64,000 nucleotides of DNA from assembly GCF_018977255.1 (NCBI RefSeq), contig NW_024704771.1, forward strand, positions 2,356,001 through 2,420,000, written 5' to 3'. Position 1 is the stretch's first letter. Each line of letters begins with the position of its first letter. Below are positions 12,701 through 26,699 of the stretch, one piece after another. The translations under genes and the position numbers were made by a program. Below the pieces are notes generated by a model. It saw only the letters and a program-made list of their open reading frames with translations, did no database searches and was not told where the DNA came from. Source of the stretch: Callorhinchus milii. Taxonomy: Eukaryota.

Positions 12701-15211
12701 ATTCCTCTGAACAAATTAACATTTCCAGTCTGAAAGTAAAAATCACACACTCGGATTAAGACACAATGTGACATGAAAGTCTCTCTTACCTTTCTCTTCA
12801 GTCAGGATTAAATGATTTAAAGTGGGGACAATAGCTTTGATGAATGCAGTCAACAGAAGGAATCTTAGTTTCACTTTCACTCAATGTATTATTTCCATCA
12901 CGGGTCCGAAACACAGACTGTTCAGTGCCTTGGGGCATCCTCCCAATGTGACAGGCATTATACAAATGTAAATTTGTTGTTGTTGTTGTCACCCTTTTGA
13001 TCTGACACATCCAGAAACTCATACAATATAACACAAATTTACATTTAAACAGTACCCTTCATGTTGAGAGGGCGTCCCAAAATCCTTAACATTACAATAA
13101 AAAATGACATTAGCAAGTGCTTTTCACATTGGGAGGACTTCCCAAGGCGCTGGACAATCCTGACTTGGCACCCGAGCTGGGGGGAGAGATTATCAAAAGT
13201 GCACTCAAATTACATTTGCACAGTCCCTTTTTGTCCTTCTTATTACTTTCTTTGTATCCCTTTGATGCTTTTTATAAGTCTCCCAGTCCCCTGCATTTCC
13301 ACTTTTTCTTGCATTACTGTATAATTTTTCTTTTAGTTTAAGAACGAAACACTCCCTCTATCCTTCTGCCTCGACCCTTCCTTCCTCATTTTCAGATCAT
13401 TTCCTCTTCAACCATGCTTACAGTCACCACCCCCTCCCCCCAGCTCCTTCATCAAGCAAAGAGGAGACACCCCCAATCTCTCTCTCTCAGTCCTCTCTCA
13501 ACTGTCTCAGTTATCGCTCTCTCCCGTCCTCGCTCAGTCCTCTCTCTCCCCCTCTCCCTCAGTCCCATTTCTCAGAGAATTCAGTACAAATTCTTACCTT
13601 CTAGGCCTTCCACAGTCTTGTTCCCCCCTACATCTCCAACCACATAATCCCATATCAGCCTGTCTGCTCGATCAATTCAGTGGACAGTTTTAGGTCACCT
13701 GCACTTCCCACCCCACCATTGATGGTTCCAGAGTGTGGGGCATTCAGCATCTCTGTCCCACACTCTGGAACTCTATCCCACAATGTCTGCCTCAATCCCT
13801 CTCTTGCCTCCTTCTAATCCCGTCTGAAGACCTTCCTGTTCGAATGGGCCTTTGGCCACTCCGAGCATGTGTGTCAATAATAATAATAATAATCCTTCCT
13901 TTTGATACAGCATCTTATCATATTGTCGAGAAGTATCAAAGCGATTCATAACGTATTGTGAAGTGAACTGACTGTATATTTTGTGGATGAAACATGGCAG
14001 CCATTTGCGCACAGCAGTGTCCCACAAACAGTCACGGATTGAGTAATCAATTTATTACTTTTTTTGAAGGAATTATTACCCGCATGAAAAGCGATCAGGT
14101 TAGGTGACGAGATGGCCTCTCCGACATGACAAGCCTCGCCTGAGCCGCGTGACCAGAGGCTCAAGTGAGCTCTGTATCTCCACTTCCCCTGGGTGAGGAC
14201 AGATCACACACCTCAGATCAGAAGCCCTGCAATATTAATCCCGACCAGCTGACCGTATGTTAAATATAGATGGGCTTCACTCCTCCCTGTACAACCCCAA
14301 CCTTTGAACAATTGTACTGTTAGATTTACTCCCTTCATTGACTTATAAAAGGAAAATTTTGCTCTTTATGATACAATACTCAGCATAATAATAATAATAA
14401 TAATCTGTGGATTTGATACATCGCCTTATCCCATCGATGAGACATCTCAAATCGCTTCACAGCATATACTATAAAGTGCATTGACTGCAGATTTTTGGTG
14501 GTGAAATATGGCAGCCAATTGCGTTCAGCAGTGTCCTACAAAGGGTCGTGGATTCAGAGACCAAATTATTATTTTAATTTATTTTTGGAAGGTATTATTG
14601 CCCCCAGAAATGTGATTGCCTATCGACTAACAACCAGGTTCCTACTAACTGCTAACTAAACAGAGGGGTGTGGAGTAAGGAAACTTGCCTAAGATTTTAT
14701 CCGGTCCTGGAATCGAACCCAGGTCCTCTCCTTGAGAGGTGAGTGCTCTAATCACTGAGCTACAGGACTCCACAAACATGGACTGGACTCCACAGACTAA
14801 GAGACATAGGCTGTACTCATAAATCAAATTACACCACTATGAATCAATGGGAACTATATATATTGTTTGGGACACAACATGTCAAGGGATTGCCAGGATG
14901 GTGGAAAGCGAACAAGATGGAACTTGCTTTACTTTGTCCAGAAAATTCTTATGTTCTTATAAAAAGAAAGATAAAGAAGAAATGGAAGATTAATAAAGCT
15001 TGTATGTTTAACTCCCCCCTCTTCGGTAATAACCCTCACCGACCCGATCGCACAATATCCCTGACTGTTCAGTGCCTTGGGACATCCTCCCAACATGAAA
15101 GGTGCTAAAAAAAATAAAATTGTATTCTATTCCCATAAACGAGACATGGAGAATCACAAGGAAACTGAAGTAAAACCACTTCCATGATAACGTGTTATAA
15201 CCGTCAGATTC

Positions 15212-15316
15212 TCAGAATCTCTGAGTGTTTCCTGCAGTCATTCGCACTGGGACAGTGGGAATGTCCATCACGACCTTCCTCTGTGTGAGAGAAACTAAGG
15301 AGAACTTCACTTCATC
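15212..15316 (-). pseudogene. Possible TRIM coiled-coil exon relic
   Basis: ttccag acceptor, then DEVKFSLVSLTQRK..., resembling the first coiled-coil exon of fish/shark TRIMs (D-x-x-K-x-S-L-x-S-L-T). It runs into TGA with no donor. Confidence 0.45.
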
Positions 15317-15869
15317 CTGGAATTAAATACAAACAGTAAAAAAAACTTGATTAAACATTAGAACATAAGAAATGCAAGACGAAAAAAGACAAAGGTCCAT
15401 CTAGATCGCCTTCCAACTTCCCGGAGGTCACATGCACATATGTCCTATATACTATTTCCCATAATGTTATTTCCTAAAAGAAATCTATCTAATCTGAAGT
15501 ATCAACATTTCCTGCTTCAACCGTCTATCTAGGGAGCCTAGATTCATTATTCACTCACTGAAATAGTACTTGCGTAGATTCATTCTAAATTTACCTCCCT
15601 TCAATTGCACACCATGTCCTCTGGTTTTACTATTCTGGACAAGTTGAAATAGCCTGTGATGATCTGTATGGTCTAGCAATTTTAGAATCTTAAAGGCAGC
15701 AATCATGTTGCCTCTCAATCTTCTCTTTTCCAGTGTGAACAAACACAACAAAAATAAATGACATTTGTATAGAGCTTTTCACTCAGGAGGACGTCCCTAG
15801 TCACCGGACAGACGGAGATCCACACCCTGGTTGGGAACAGGTGGGGTGGAGGGTGGGGAGGTCAGGGGT

Positions 15870-16090
15870 AGCTCTCTCCAACAGAATCACCAGGGCACGA
15901 TTAACCCTCAGGTTACTTTTACCAACAACTTGTCAACATTCAGGACAAGTTTATCTCCTGTGTTTCCCAGCTCCCTGATACAGGATTGACAGCAGATGTG
16001 GCCACACTGCAGGATAACAGGATCAGTAAACACATTCAGGCAAACAGGACAGTTTAACTCCTCAATCCAGCTCTGATCCTGGTGTCTAGA
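15870..16090 (-). pseudogene. TRIM-family RING exon relic
   Basis: Reads SRHQDQSWIEELNCPVCLNVFTDPVILQCGHICCQSCI. After frameshifts it continues WETQEIN, CPEC* (tgtcctgaatgttga, 15933-15947) and NLRVNRALVILLERA. No ATG is present and no B-box follows. Confidence 0.85.
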
Positions 16091-17439
16091 ATGAAGTCGA
16101 GAATGGAACTGTGAAGAGATTGATATGTAAACGGGGCAAAGTTCATTCCGGTGTGGGCGAGGAGACAGAGTGAGAAGATAACAAACCCAGAGACTGTGAC
16201 ATTGGCTACAACAATCTCGATCTCTCCATTGTACTCTCCGCTCCACCATTGGAGGTCACCCATTCAGCCACAATCCCCCAAAACTTTGGAACACTCTCCG
16301 TCAATCCCTCTATTTTGCCCCCATCTCACCTTTTTCAAATCCCACCTGAAAATCTTCCTTTTCAACCATGCTTACAGTCACTTCCTGCCACCCCCATTCC
16401 CCCGCACCACTGACCAGCTTGGAGTCAGCCTCCATCACTGTTAAATGCTCTGAGATGCTATCCTGCATGAAAGGCACTATATAAGTGCAAGTTGTTTTTG
16501 AATTGATGATTACGTATACATTTCCCTATTGGGGACTGGTCCAAATATTTTCCAAGCAATGATGGAGTTAATCATTGGAAAGGAAGTTGAGGATTATCTG
16601 TAAAAAAAAACATGGCCATCATGGGTTCAGAAAGTGTCGGTCTTGTCTGACCAATTTTATAGACTTTTTGAGGAGGTATCAGCCCAGTGTGACCTTGGGA
16701 AGCCATGTGATGTAGTGTATATAGATTTCTAAACCTTAATACTATGAAGTATTTCTCCACTCAGATGGGTCAATCTCGTGCCCTTGCCCCCGAAGAGATT
16801 AAATGTTTGATACTGAAATACAGACGTAATCGAAACAAAGAGCATTGGAATTAACGTTTTATTTGTTCTGATCTGGAATGCATTGTCTGAAAGGGTGGTG
16901 GAAGCCAATGTGATAACAACTTTCAAGAGATGTTGGCAGATACTTGGGAAGCATACATTTGCAGGGCTTTGGGGAGAGATCGGGAGAGTGGGATTAATTT
17001 GGATAGCTTTTTCAAAGAGTCGGCACATACAGATTGGGCCGAATAGCCTCCTTCTATGCTGTATAATTCCACAATTCTATGAGTTCAACTTATGGTTGAT
17101 TGGACTAGACAAATATAAGGGAGAGCTTCAGGTTTCCTTGACTGTTCTGCTTCCAACAATTGCTGGAAACTCCTTTTCTTATCTTCTACACTAATAAAAT
17201 GACAATGTCTGTCTGTCTGTGCTTCAACAAGGATCTCAGTAACCGAATTGACATGGAGACATAATTTATACCTCATCGGAAAGGATTTACAACTGAAAGT
17301 GACCTGGGTATATTTGATTTTGAGTCTCTCCTATGATTCATGAGTTATGACTTAAGATGTATTTCAGTTTTCTGTTTTTCGCTTCCGTTACACCTGGTGG
17401 CCGCCGAATCAAAGTGGCGCTGTGGCATCGTGCAGTTAC

Positions 17440-18000
17440 AACTGCAATCACTCCAACTCTCCCTCCCACTCGCACTCTGACCTCTCCATTCACAGTCTCC
17501 TACTCTGTACCAATGAGCCAAAGCACAAGCTCAAGGAACAGCACCTGATTTATCTGGTGGGGACCTCACAGCCTCAATATTGATTTCAACAATTTCACAC
17601 CATAACAACTCACCTTCCCCTTCCCCATCTTCTGTGACCATAAGTACATCACCTGAGTCCCAGACATACCTTCTCTCTCTGGTCTGCCAATGTTGTTGCA
17701 ATTTTCCCCTCCCCTTTATTTTGCAGATTAAAACCTCTATTCCCCTGTTTGGTTGCAACCCCCACACCCTTTGTTTTGCATCATTAACCCTTCTTTAACC
17801 CATCATCCCCTGTCCTCTATACCATTTTCTCCTTTGTCTTCCTTGCCCTGCCTCCCACCTGTCTGTTAGCCCTTAGAAACCTCTCCCTCCCAACATGACC
17901 CAGTTCCTGACGAAGGATCATGGACCCAAAATTTTGACTCACTTTCCTTTCTCCATAGGTGCTGCCTGATCTGTTGAGTGTTCCCAGCAACTTCTGTTCT
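17440..18000 (+). mobile_element. Penelope-like element 3' fragment
   Basis: ggaacagcacctgatt...cagcctcaatattgatttcaacaatttc (GIY-YIG C-terminus-like), followed by the same terminal motif as 34102-34198. Confidence 0.65.
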
Positions 18001-18549
18001 AGTTAGACCTGGCGACCGCTGAGTCAAAGTGGCACTGTGTCACACAGCACTTTAGTATGTACACGCACACTGCAGTTACATCTGGTGGCTGCACTGGCTG
18101 ACCTTGGCGCTGTAGCATCCTGCGACACAGAGCACACATGTAACCAATCGGCGGAGGGAACAAAATAAGGGACGCAGACAAAGCTAAGCCATGGCAAAAA
18201 CAACAAAAAATTACATTTTTAATGTGCCTTTCATGCCGGGAGGACGTTCCAGTGATTATAAATTAAAGATTTATATTCATTAGTATAAAGGTACCTAAGT
18301 GAAAAGCAAACCTTTCAAGGATAAGTAAAGATGCTGGACAAAAGAGAGAAGACCCTTTAAATGATCCTGAAGAACAAAGAAGTACACAGCTGCACTTCAA
18401 TGCTGAAAGGACTGAAACAGCGTGCCAAAATAAGTTGCCCACTCGAAGAACAGAAGGGCCAAAATGAGTCCTTCCACAGGAGGCCTCCCAGATTAATATA
18501 GATAAAGATAAAATGTCTGTCTGTGTGTCAATCTACATTCCATATTGGA

Positions 18550-19165
18550 ATCCATATTGCAAGATTCCTGACTGACTTGGTGAGGTGGAGTGTGCATCCG
18601 TGGATGCTGATGTTGCCACTGCCTGAAGTGGTGTGAGATATAACACCTGAATGTAGGAATGGGGCCAAGGGAGTAGGTGGTCGGTTTCATGCAGGTATTA
18701 GTGGTGGTGAGAGAGGAGTGGGAGACAGTTTCAAAGGTGTGCATGGAGAGACGGGGTGGGTTGAATGGGTGGGAAGGGTGTGGTAGATGGAAGAGCAGAG
18801 GCAGCTGAGCGGATCCGCTTGACTTTGGATTTGAGCAAGTCCAGCATCGCCTCTCAGTTGGCATTGGTGATGAGGATGGGCAAGGCATGAGAGGTTCGAC
18901 AAGAGTGGAGGAGAGGGAGCTTAAAGAAGAGTGAGCGAGGTGGATAGGTCATTGTGGGAGGAAGCCCAGAGGGGATACAGTTGAGATCACTACAAGGCAG
19001 CCAAGAGAGAGGGGGGAGATTTGTTTTTTACCACGCGTGGTAGGAGATGGAGGTGGGTTGGGTGGCAATGGGGATGTGGATTGAGGAGTTAAGGGAGATT
19101 AAGTGATGGTCTGAGATTGCTTTGTCGATGATGGTGAGGTACAAGATAGCAAGGCCCTGAGTGAT
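18550..19165 (-). mobile_element. L2 LINE endonuclease-region fragment
   Basis: DLVITQGL...ISDHHLISL (APE C-terminal SDH motif) and PT/NHP-type motifs upstream. Confidence 0.65.
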
Positions 19166-19169
19166 CACC

Positions 19170-21290
19170 AGGTCGAATCGTATACAAGAACATAAGAAAT
19201 ACTTGACAAAAAAGCCCAAGGTCCATCTAGTTCACCTTCCACCTTCCTGGCGGTCACTTGCACTTATGTCCTGAGCTACCCATGTTGTATATCCCATATT
19301 GTTATTTCCTAAAAGAAAACTATCTAATCTGTGCTTGAAAGAGTCAACACTTCCTGCTTCAACCGTCTCCCTTGTCTGTTCCACAAGTTCACTATTCGCT
19401 CACTACAATTTTTTATGCATTCTGAATTTACCCACCCCCACCTCCCTTCAGTTGCGGGCAATTACCTCTGGTTTTACTATTCTGGACAAGGTGAAACAGC
19501 CTGTTATGATCTATGTTTTCTACTCCCTTTATAATCTTCAAGACAGCAATCATGTCACCTCTCAATCTTTCGCTTTTCCAGCATGAACATACCCAATTTA
19601 CCTAGTCTCTCCTCATAGTGCAGTTCTTCCATTCCCTCAATCAATTTTGTTGCCTTCTGTTATTTCTCGACTTCTACAATATCCTTTTTGTACTGCGGCA
19701 ACCAGAGCTGTACACAGTACTATAAATATGGCCTCATCAATGAATTATACAGTGGCAGGATTACCACACTATTTCAGCTTGCTATTGATCTTTGGATGAA
19801 TCCCAACATCTGAAGTGCTTTACTCACTGCCACAGATCATTGTTGAGAGCACTTCAATTTATTGTTAATCAGGAAACCCAGGACCTTTTCATTTTCCATA
19901 CATATCATTTTGCTTCAGTTCAAATAATAGTCCCTTACAGTATTTTTTGTCCCCATGCATTTTGGAAGAAAGAATGAGGGGAGACAATATAGGCTGGTAA
20001 TACAATCTTAAGAGGGATGAAGGAACAGAGAGACCTGGGGTTCAGGTAAATGAATCCTTGAAGGTGTCAGGACAGGTAGATAGAGCTGTAAAAAGGGCAT
20101 ATGGGATACTAGGCTTTATAACTAGGGGCATAGAGTGCAAGAGACAGGAGGTTATGATTAACCTTTATAAAACACTGGTTAGGCCTCAGTTAGAATACTG
20201 CGCCCAGTTCTGGGCCCCACACTATAGGAAGGATGTTAAGGCATTGGAAAGGGTGCAGAGGAGATTTACGAGGATGGTACCAAGAATGAGGGACCTTGAT
20301 CATGAGGAAAGGCGAGAGAGCTTAGAATTATTCTCATTGGAGCAGAGAAGGTTACGAGGACCTAATAGAGGTCTTCAAAATCATGAGGGGATTTGATAGG
20401 TTAGAAAGGGAAAAATTGTTTCCACTGGTGGGTGTGTCGGTGACTCGAGGTCACAGATTCAAAATAGTCTCTGTAGAAGAAGCCGAGGGGAGGTGAGAAG
20501 GAATTTTTTCATTCAGCGAGTTGTTCAAATCTGGAACGCATTGCCTGAATGGGTGGTGGAGGCCAATTCAATAACAACTTCGAAAACGCGGTGGATGGCT
20601 ATTTGAGGAGGACATGTTTGCAGGGTTATGGGGAAAGGGTTGGGGAGTGAGATTGACATTACATTGCTCTTTTCAAAGAGCCGGCACAGACTCGATGGGT
20701 TGAATGGCCTCTTTTTGTGTTGTATGATTCTATGATTCTATGTGAAGTACTTTATATTTTTCCACATTGAATTTCATCTGCCGCCAATCTGCCCAATTCC
20801 AAAGTGTGTTCAAATTCTCCTGTAACCTATTTTGTTCAGCTTTGCAATCTACCCCATTCATTAGCTTGGTGTCATCTGCAACCTCAACCACTGTGCTTGT
20901 GACTCCCATTTCCAGATCATTTATAAATATATTAAACAAATAAGATCCCAACAACAACAATAACAACAACAAGATTCCATTTATTGAGCGCCTTTCACGT
21001 CGGGAGGACGTCCCAAAACGGCCCCATGTGGTACTCCACTGGTAATAATTTCCCAATCTGAGGACATTCGCTGAACCATCAACCTGCTGAGTTCTTCTGG
21101 TCAACCAATTGTCTATCCACTGTGATTTACCTCCACTGATTCCCACTTTCTTTACTCTCAGTACCAGCTTCTCAAGCAGAACTGTATTAAAGGCCTTACT
21201 GAAATCCAGACATACATCCACAGCCTTAGCCTTATCAAGTTCCCTTGTCACTTCGTCAAAGTAAATTGGCAAGACCTTCTCTTGCTGAAT
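19170..21290 (-). mobile_element. Older CR1 LINE (minus), split by the plus CR1 and by an L2-tail insertion at about 20950-21035
   Basis: ORF 20730-21272 (DVCLDFSKAFN...ADDTKL...WQMKFNVEK). The CR1 3' part continues at 19170-19957. Confidence 0.8.
19958..20742 (+). mobile_element. CR1 LINE 3' fragment nested in an antiparallel CR1
   Basis: ORF 20058-20396 (LVRPQLEYCAQFWAPHYRKD) and a (TTCTATGA)n tail at about 20725-20742. Confidence 0.9.
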
Positions 21291-21882
21291 CCATATTGGC
21301 TATCATTTATGATTTTATTTCTGTGCAGATGCGCCATGATTTTATCTTTTATAAGAGTTTCCTTTCTTTGAGCCACAATGGATGTCAACTTCACTGGTCT
21401 GTAGTTTCCTGGGTCATTTTTGTTACCTTTCTTAAAAATAGATGTAACATCTGTCTTTCTTCAGTTCCCCGGCACTTCTCCAGTATTCAGTGATTTTTTA
21501 AATATTTGTGGCAGAGTTTCTGCGACATTATGAACCCTCCTTCAGTGGCCCTATTTCATTGGTTGTTTTTGTTCTCCTCTTAATGTAACCTTTTTATTAT
21601 TATCCTTTACATATTTAATTCGAAGCTTTTCTTTGCCAATTTGAGGGCATTTTTGCAGTCCTGTCATGCCTGCTGATATTGAATCTAACTTATATCTGTG
21701 CCATTTTCCTTACAGCCCAGAAGGAACATTTACCATTGAGTCTATATGGGCTCCCAGAACAAGGTGTTCATACAACAGTTGCCCTGCCCTATCACTATAC
21801 CACTTCAAGCTTCTATCCCTCATATATACCTGTCTACTTTCCTGTCTACTATAACGATAATAATCCTTGGATTATTCTATTA

Positions 21883-21937
21883 TCATTGGAGGGATATGAA
21901 GCATTGGAGGGATATTAAGCATTGGAGGAATATGAAG
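21883..21937. repeat. 18-bp tandem repeat x3
   Basis: cattggagg(g/a)atat(g/t)aag repeated three times. Confidence 0.85.
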
Positions 21938-22259
21938 TTGATTGAATAATAATAATCCTTGCATTTGATATAGCGCTTTTCACCTCTTGACATCTCAAAG
22001 CGCTTCACAGAATATGCTGTAACGCAAATTGACTGTATATTTGTGGGCGAATGCGGCAGCCAATTGCACACAGCAGTGTCTCACAAACAGTCATGGATTG
22101 AAAATCACCAATTTTTTTTCGAGGGATTATTAACAGGTGTGTGGAGTAAGGAAACTTGCCCAAGGTTTCGCTCTGCCTGAAACTGAACCCAGTTGTCTCG
22201 CTTGCAAGACGAGTGCTCTAACCACTGAGCTACAGGACTCCACAGGATTATTATTATTA

Positions 22260-22700
22260 GAGAGGCTGAAAGTCTGCCTGCTGCTGATGAAGCAGAGAGA
22301 GTGAGGACATGAAGCAGGTGGGGGATTGCTGAGCATAGGGGGTGAGGTGAGGATTTTGAAATTGATCTGTGGGGAAATGGTGGAGCTGAGCAAAGATAAT
22401 AGGAGTGCGAGAGTGGACTTGGGCTGCAGCTGATGTAGGGATGAGCTGGGGAGTCCAGCAAGCAGAACATTGGCGTAGTCGAGTCTTAACACGATAAATG
22501 TGTGGATCAGGGTTTTGGTGCCTGAGGGGAGGAAAGGTGGCAGTGAGGAAGATGACCAATGTTATGGAGGTGAGGAGAGCTCAGCAGGTCAGATCATGGA
22601 TGTGGGGTTTCAAAGACAGTTGGGAGTCAAACAGAACACTGAGGTTCAATACTGCCTCTGCGACACGACGTGAACATCCATGTAGGTTGACGATGTCAAC
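22260..22700 (-). mobile_element. L2 LINE post-RT fragment
   Basis: RLDYANVLLAGLPSSSLHQLQ (SRLDYCNSLLAGLP-type motif). Confidence 0.75.
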
Positions 22701-23689
22701 GTCTGAGTTTACTTTTTAGATCCCATTTATACATCTCTATAAAGAACCCATGAGTCATCTACTCTGAAGACAGAAGAGCTCAAGTTTGTCTTGTGCTCCA
22801 GGAACGTCAGAAGGAAATAAACAGATGAATCAATTGGACAAATAGATGGCAGATGAAATTTAATGCAGAAGGTGTGAGGTGATATGTTTTGGGAATTAGC
22901 ACAAAGCATGAAATTATATAAGGAGTGGAATAGGGATATACACAAAGACCTTTAAAAATGGGAGAACAAGGCAATGAACCACTTTGAACTGGACACATCA
23001 GGGTAGGCCATTTTGCTGGTCAAAGAGGATTCTGAGAGCCAAGGTTCACTGACCTCTTCCCACACAGCAGTCATTCCCAATGGATGAGAAGGGTTCAATC
23101 AGTGCTGTCTTCAAGGCGATTGACTTACCAGTTGTGATTATTTGGGCTCCGCCCATTCATAAGCAGTTCTAGCTGTCAATCAATCAACGTGACTCCTCCC
23201 ATGCCCTCGCAATTCTTCCACGGTCCTCCGCCCCCTCACTGATTGATAGCTCAACTCCAGCCACTTGTGAATGGGTGGAGTCCACTCTCAATCAATGCTC
23301 CACTCCTCCCATTTCCATCCTGGAGCCGCTATGACTGAATGGAGCTGTTCATGACACAGAAGGTGTCAGTGAGTACACTCTGCAGTGACCAGCACAACAT
23401 TTTTGCCTGAAGTGACCAGATTTTTGCCGGAATCAACTGCCTTATTTAAAACAGGTAAGAATATAAATGAATTGGGGCCGGGCGTTTTATTCGATTTACC
23501 CTGTGTCAATATACAGTGGAAACCCAGTTGCGGTCACTTTGGTAATCCAGCCACTTGGCAACTGTGGACACATCTTCATACTCTCTTTCATTTTCTATGT
23601 TAAAAGATACGCCGTCTGCTTCAGTAAATCGGGCACCTCGATCTTTGACAATGGCCCTCGACTGTGGCCGCTGTAAGCCTCTTTACATA

Positions 23690-24590
23690 GAATTACATAG
23701 AATATACAGCACAGAAACAGGCCATTTAGCCCAAATGGTCTATGCCATCGTTTATGCTCCACATGACCCTCCTCCTGCCCTTCCTCAACTAAGCCTATCA
23801 GCATAACCTTCTATTGCTTTCTCGCTCATGTACTTATTTAGCTTCCCCTTCTATGTTATTCACCTCAACTGCTCCTCGTGGTAGCAAGTGCCACATTCCC
23901 ACAGCTCTCTGGGTAAAGAAGTTTCTTCAGACTTTCCTGTTTGATTTATTGGTGACTATTTTATGTTTATGGCCCCTGGTGTTGGTGTCCCCACAATGTA
24001 AACATCTTCTCTATGTCTACCCTATCAAAACCTTTCATCATTTTGAAGATCTCCATTAGGTCACCCCTCACCCTTCTCTTTACAAGAGAAGAGTCCAAGC
24101 TTGTTCAGCCTTTCCTGATAGGTGTAGCCTTGCAGTTCCGGTATCATTTCTGTAAATCTCCTTTGCACCTTGTTCAGTGCCTCTATATCCTTTCCATAAT
24201 ATGGGGACCAGAACTATACGCAGTATTCCAAGTGTGGTCTAACCAAGGTTCAATATAAGTTCCACATAACTTCCCTGCTTTTCATTTCTATCACTCTAGA
24301 AATGAACTGCAATGCTTGGTTTGCTATTTTTATGGCCTTATTAACCCGTGTCGCTACATTTAGTGATTTATGTATCTGTAACCATGGATCTCTTTGCTCC
24401 TTTACTCCATTTAGGTTTTTATTTTCCATCCTACCAAAATGTAACCACCTCGCACTTATCTATATTGAAATGCATTTGATAATTAAATGGCCATTCAGCA
24501 AATTTATTAATGTCGTAATTTGTTGCAATCTTCCTCAGTATTGACTACACCCCCAAATTTGGTGTCGTCCACAAATTTCTGGACTTCACA
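23690..24590 (-). mobile_element. CR1 LINE 3' fragment
   Basis: Reverse-complement CR1 ORF2 end (cagttccggtatcatttctg, cacttggaatactgcg region) and a tatattctatgtaattctatg tail. Confidence 0.8.
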
Positions 24591-26699
24591 AATGGACCGG
24601 AGGAAGTTAGGACTACAGCTCCAGGAGCGCAGATCATGAAGGCGAAGTGTTTACACACAGGTCTTACAAGCCATGAGCTTGAGCTACACTTGATCTTCCT
24701 GTGCTTGAAAAGAGACGAGCACGATCATAGTGACCTCCCACCTTCTCTGTGCCGTCCTTCAGGAATCAAAGAGAGGTAAGGGGGTTGCAATGTAGTGCGT
24801 GTATCGGGGGGTGGGAGGGGTGTTGGTGAGGGGGGTGTGTGTCAAGAGGTGAGGGTTAGTGGTGAGTGTATCGGGGTGAGGAATGTGTGTAGATTCTGTA
24901 TAACGATTGGACATAAACTAATGATAACAAATGCCTTATTGTAAATTGATCTAGTATTTGCCAAGCGAATGACAATATTTTGGATATTAATATCCACTTG
25001 AACAGACAGAAACGTGTGCTTAGTTTAACGTCTCCGACAAATAGCACTTCTTGGTTGATTGTTACAGTGAAAGAGAGATGCTACAGATTATAAAAGATGA
25101 CACTGAAAATACACATTGTTCATACACAGTGAGAAGTGGCTGTTCACTGGAGAACAACATGTCTCCTTGTTTATAGATATACAAGTGATTTGGGAGATTT
25201 CAGTGAGATTCTGAGCACAGCCCCGACTGTGAGACTGGGCATTGCTGGAGAGAAAGATATCAGCGATATATATCCCTGTCTCAGAGCGTGTGAGCTCACA
25301 CACTGGATGGCAAGTCAGATTCTCCCAACAGGAGCACAGAGACGAGCTGGCGATGAGCTTTACAAAGATGGCTCACGTTTTGCTCCCACACATTGGGTGT
25401 CAGGTTCCTCTGATGCTCTGAATGATGTTAATCCAGACGAGCTGTTGCGGTGCTGGTGCTGATTGTGCTGTCTGGCGGCTACAGTGGCTCATTACACTGA
25501 ACCCCCGGCTCGAGGCCGGACCAATGGGGGAGATCCCGTCTGGAGAGCCGGAATTTCCAGCTGAGTGTCATTACAATGTCGGTCCCGGCATTTACTGCTT
25601 TATTGTAAAACGCCAATAAATTGTAATTGTTTGAATCCCAGGAACAGAAGATAGTGTATAAGTGATTCAAACAATCTGAGTGACAGTGGGTATCCCCGGC
25701 CCCTGTGAAGGCCAGTGGGGATGGTGAGGCTGCTCAGTGTGACAGGAGAGGGGAGCAGACGGGAGGCTACACAGTGAGGATTAACAGAAATCTTTTAAAA
25801 CCTATTTTGGTGTTGATCCCGTTCTGACTGAATCTGAATTCCGAATATCTGGAGTCCTGGTATCAGGATCCAGAGCAGGAGCTGAGAGAGACAGAAAAAT
25901 AATACATAGTGGTATGAGTGAGAGGCTCGTGGAGCAGGACAGTTACAGGCGGGAGTGTGGGTGGGGCAGAGACGATGTGTGGGCAGGGATTCCTCCTCAG
26001 GACTGAAATTGTGAGAATCTGTCAGCCCTGAGAGACCAATCTGAGTGAAATCTTGTGATAGAGACAGTTCTCTATTCAAATAACAGCGTGAGATCTTTAC
26101 ATCTTTATCACTGATTCTGAAATAAGAGATGGTTCACATTACAAAGTTAATCTGTTGTGCAGGACTTGGAATTGATAAAGGTTTTGGTCATTCAGTGAGT
26201 GACCTGGGTTTGATTCCCAGCAGGGTGAAATGTTGGCCAAGTTTCCTAACTCCACACACAAGCCTGTTTACCCAGCAGTAAACAGGAACTCGGTTGTTAG
26301 TCAGTTGGCGGATCGCTTTTCCAGGGGTAATAATTCCTTCAAAAGAAAATAAGAACTTGGTCAGTTCAGTCTATGACTGTCTGTGGGACACTGCTGTGTG
26401 CAATTGGCTGCCACTTTTCGCCAACAAAATATACAGTCAATTTGCTTTACAGTATATTCTGTGAAACGCTTAAACATACTGCAAAGACACGATAAGGCCC
26501 TACATCAAATGCAAGGATTATTATTATTTGCCGATTCTTGGAGACTATTAGGCGCAGGTTGGAAATGTATGTGTCAGGGTAACTGCTGGAGTTTAACCAG
26601 TGATAAAGCCTAGTTTGCCACAGTTGGCAGCTTTCCGCTGCTTGTCCAGCTGAAACCAACAACAACAGATTACTTTGATACAGCACCCTTCACATCAAT

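Noticed and set aside
12790-12880. Possible second leader exon (KLRFLLLTAFIKAIV...AAAG|gtaaga)
   Set aside because: There is no in-frame ATG (TGA upstream). At best it is a 5' UTR exon of the BTN gene, which cannot be supported without transcripts.
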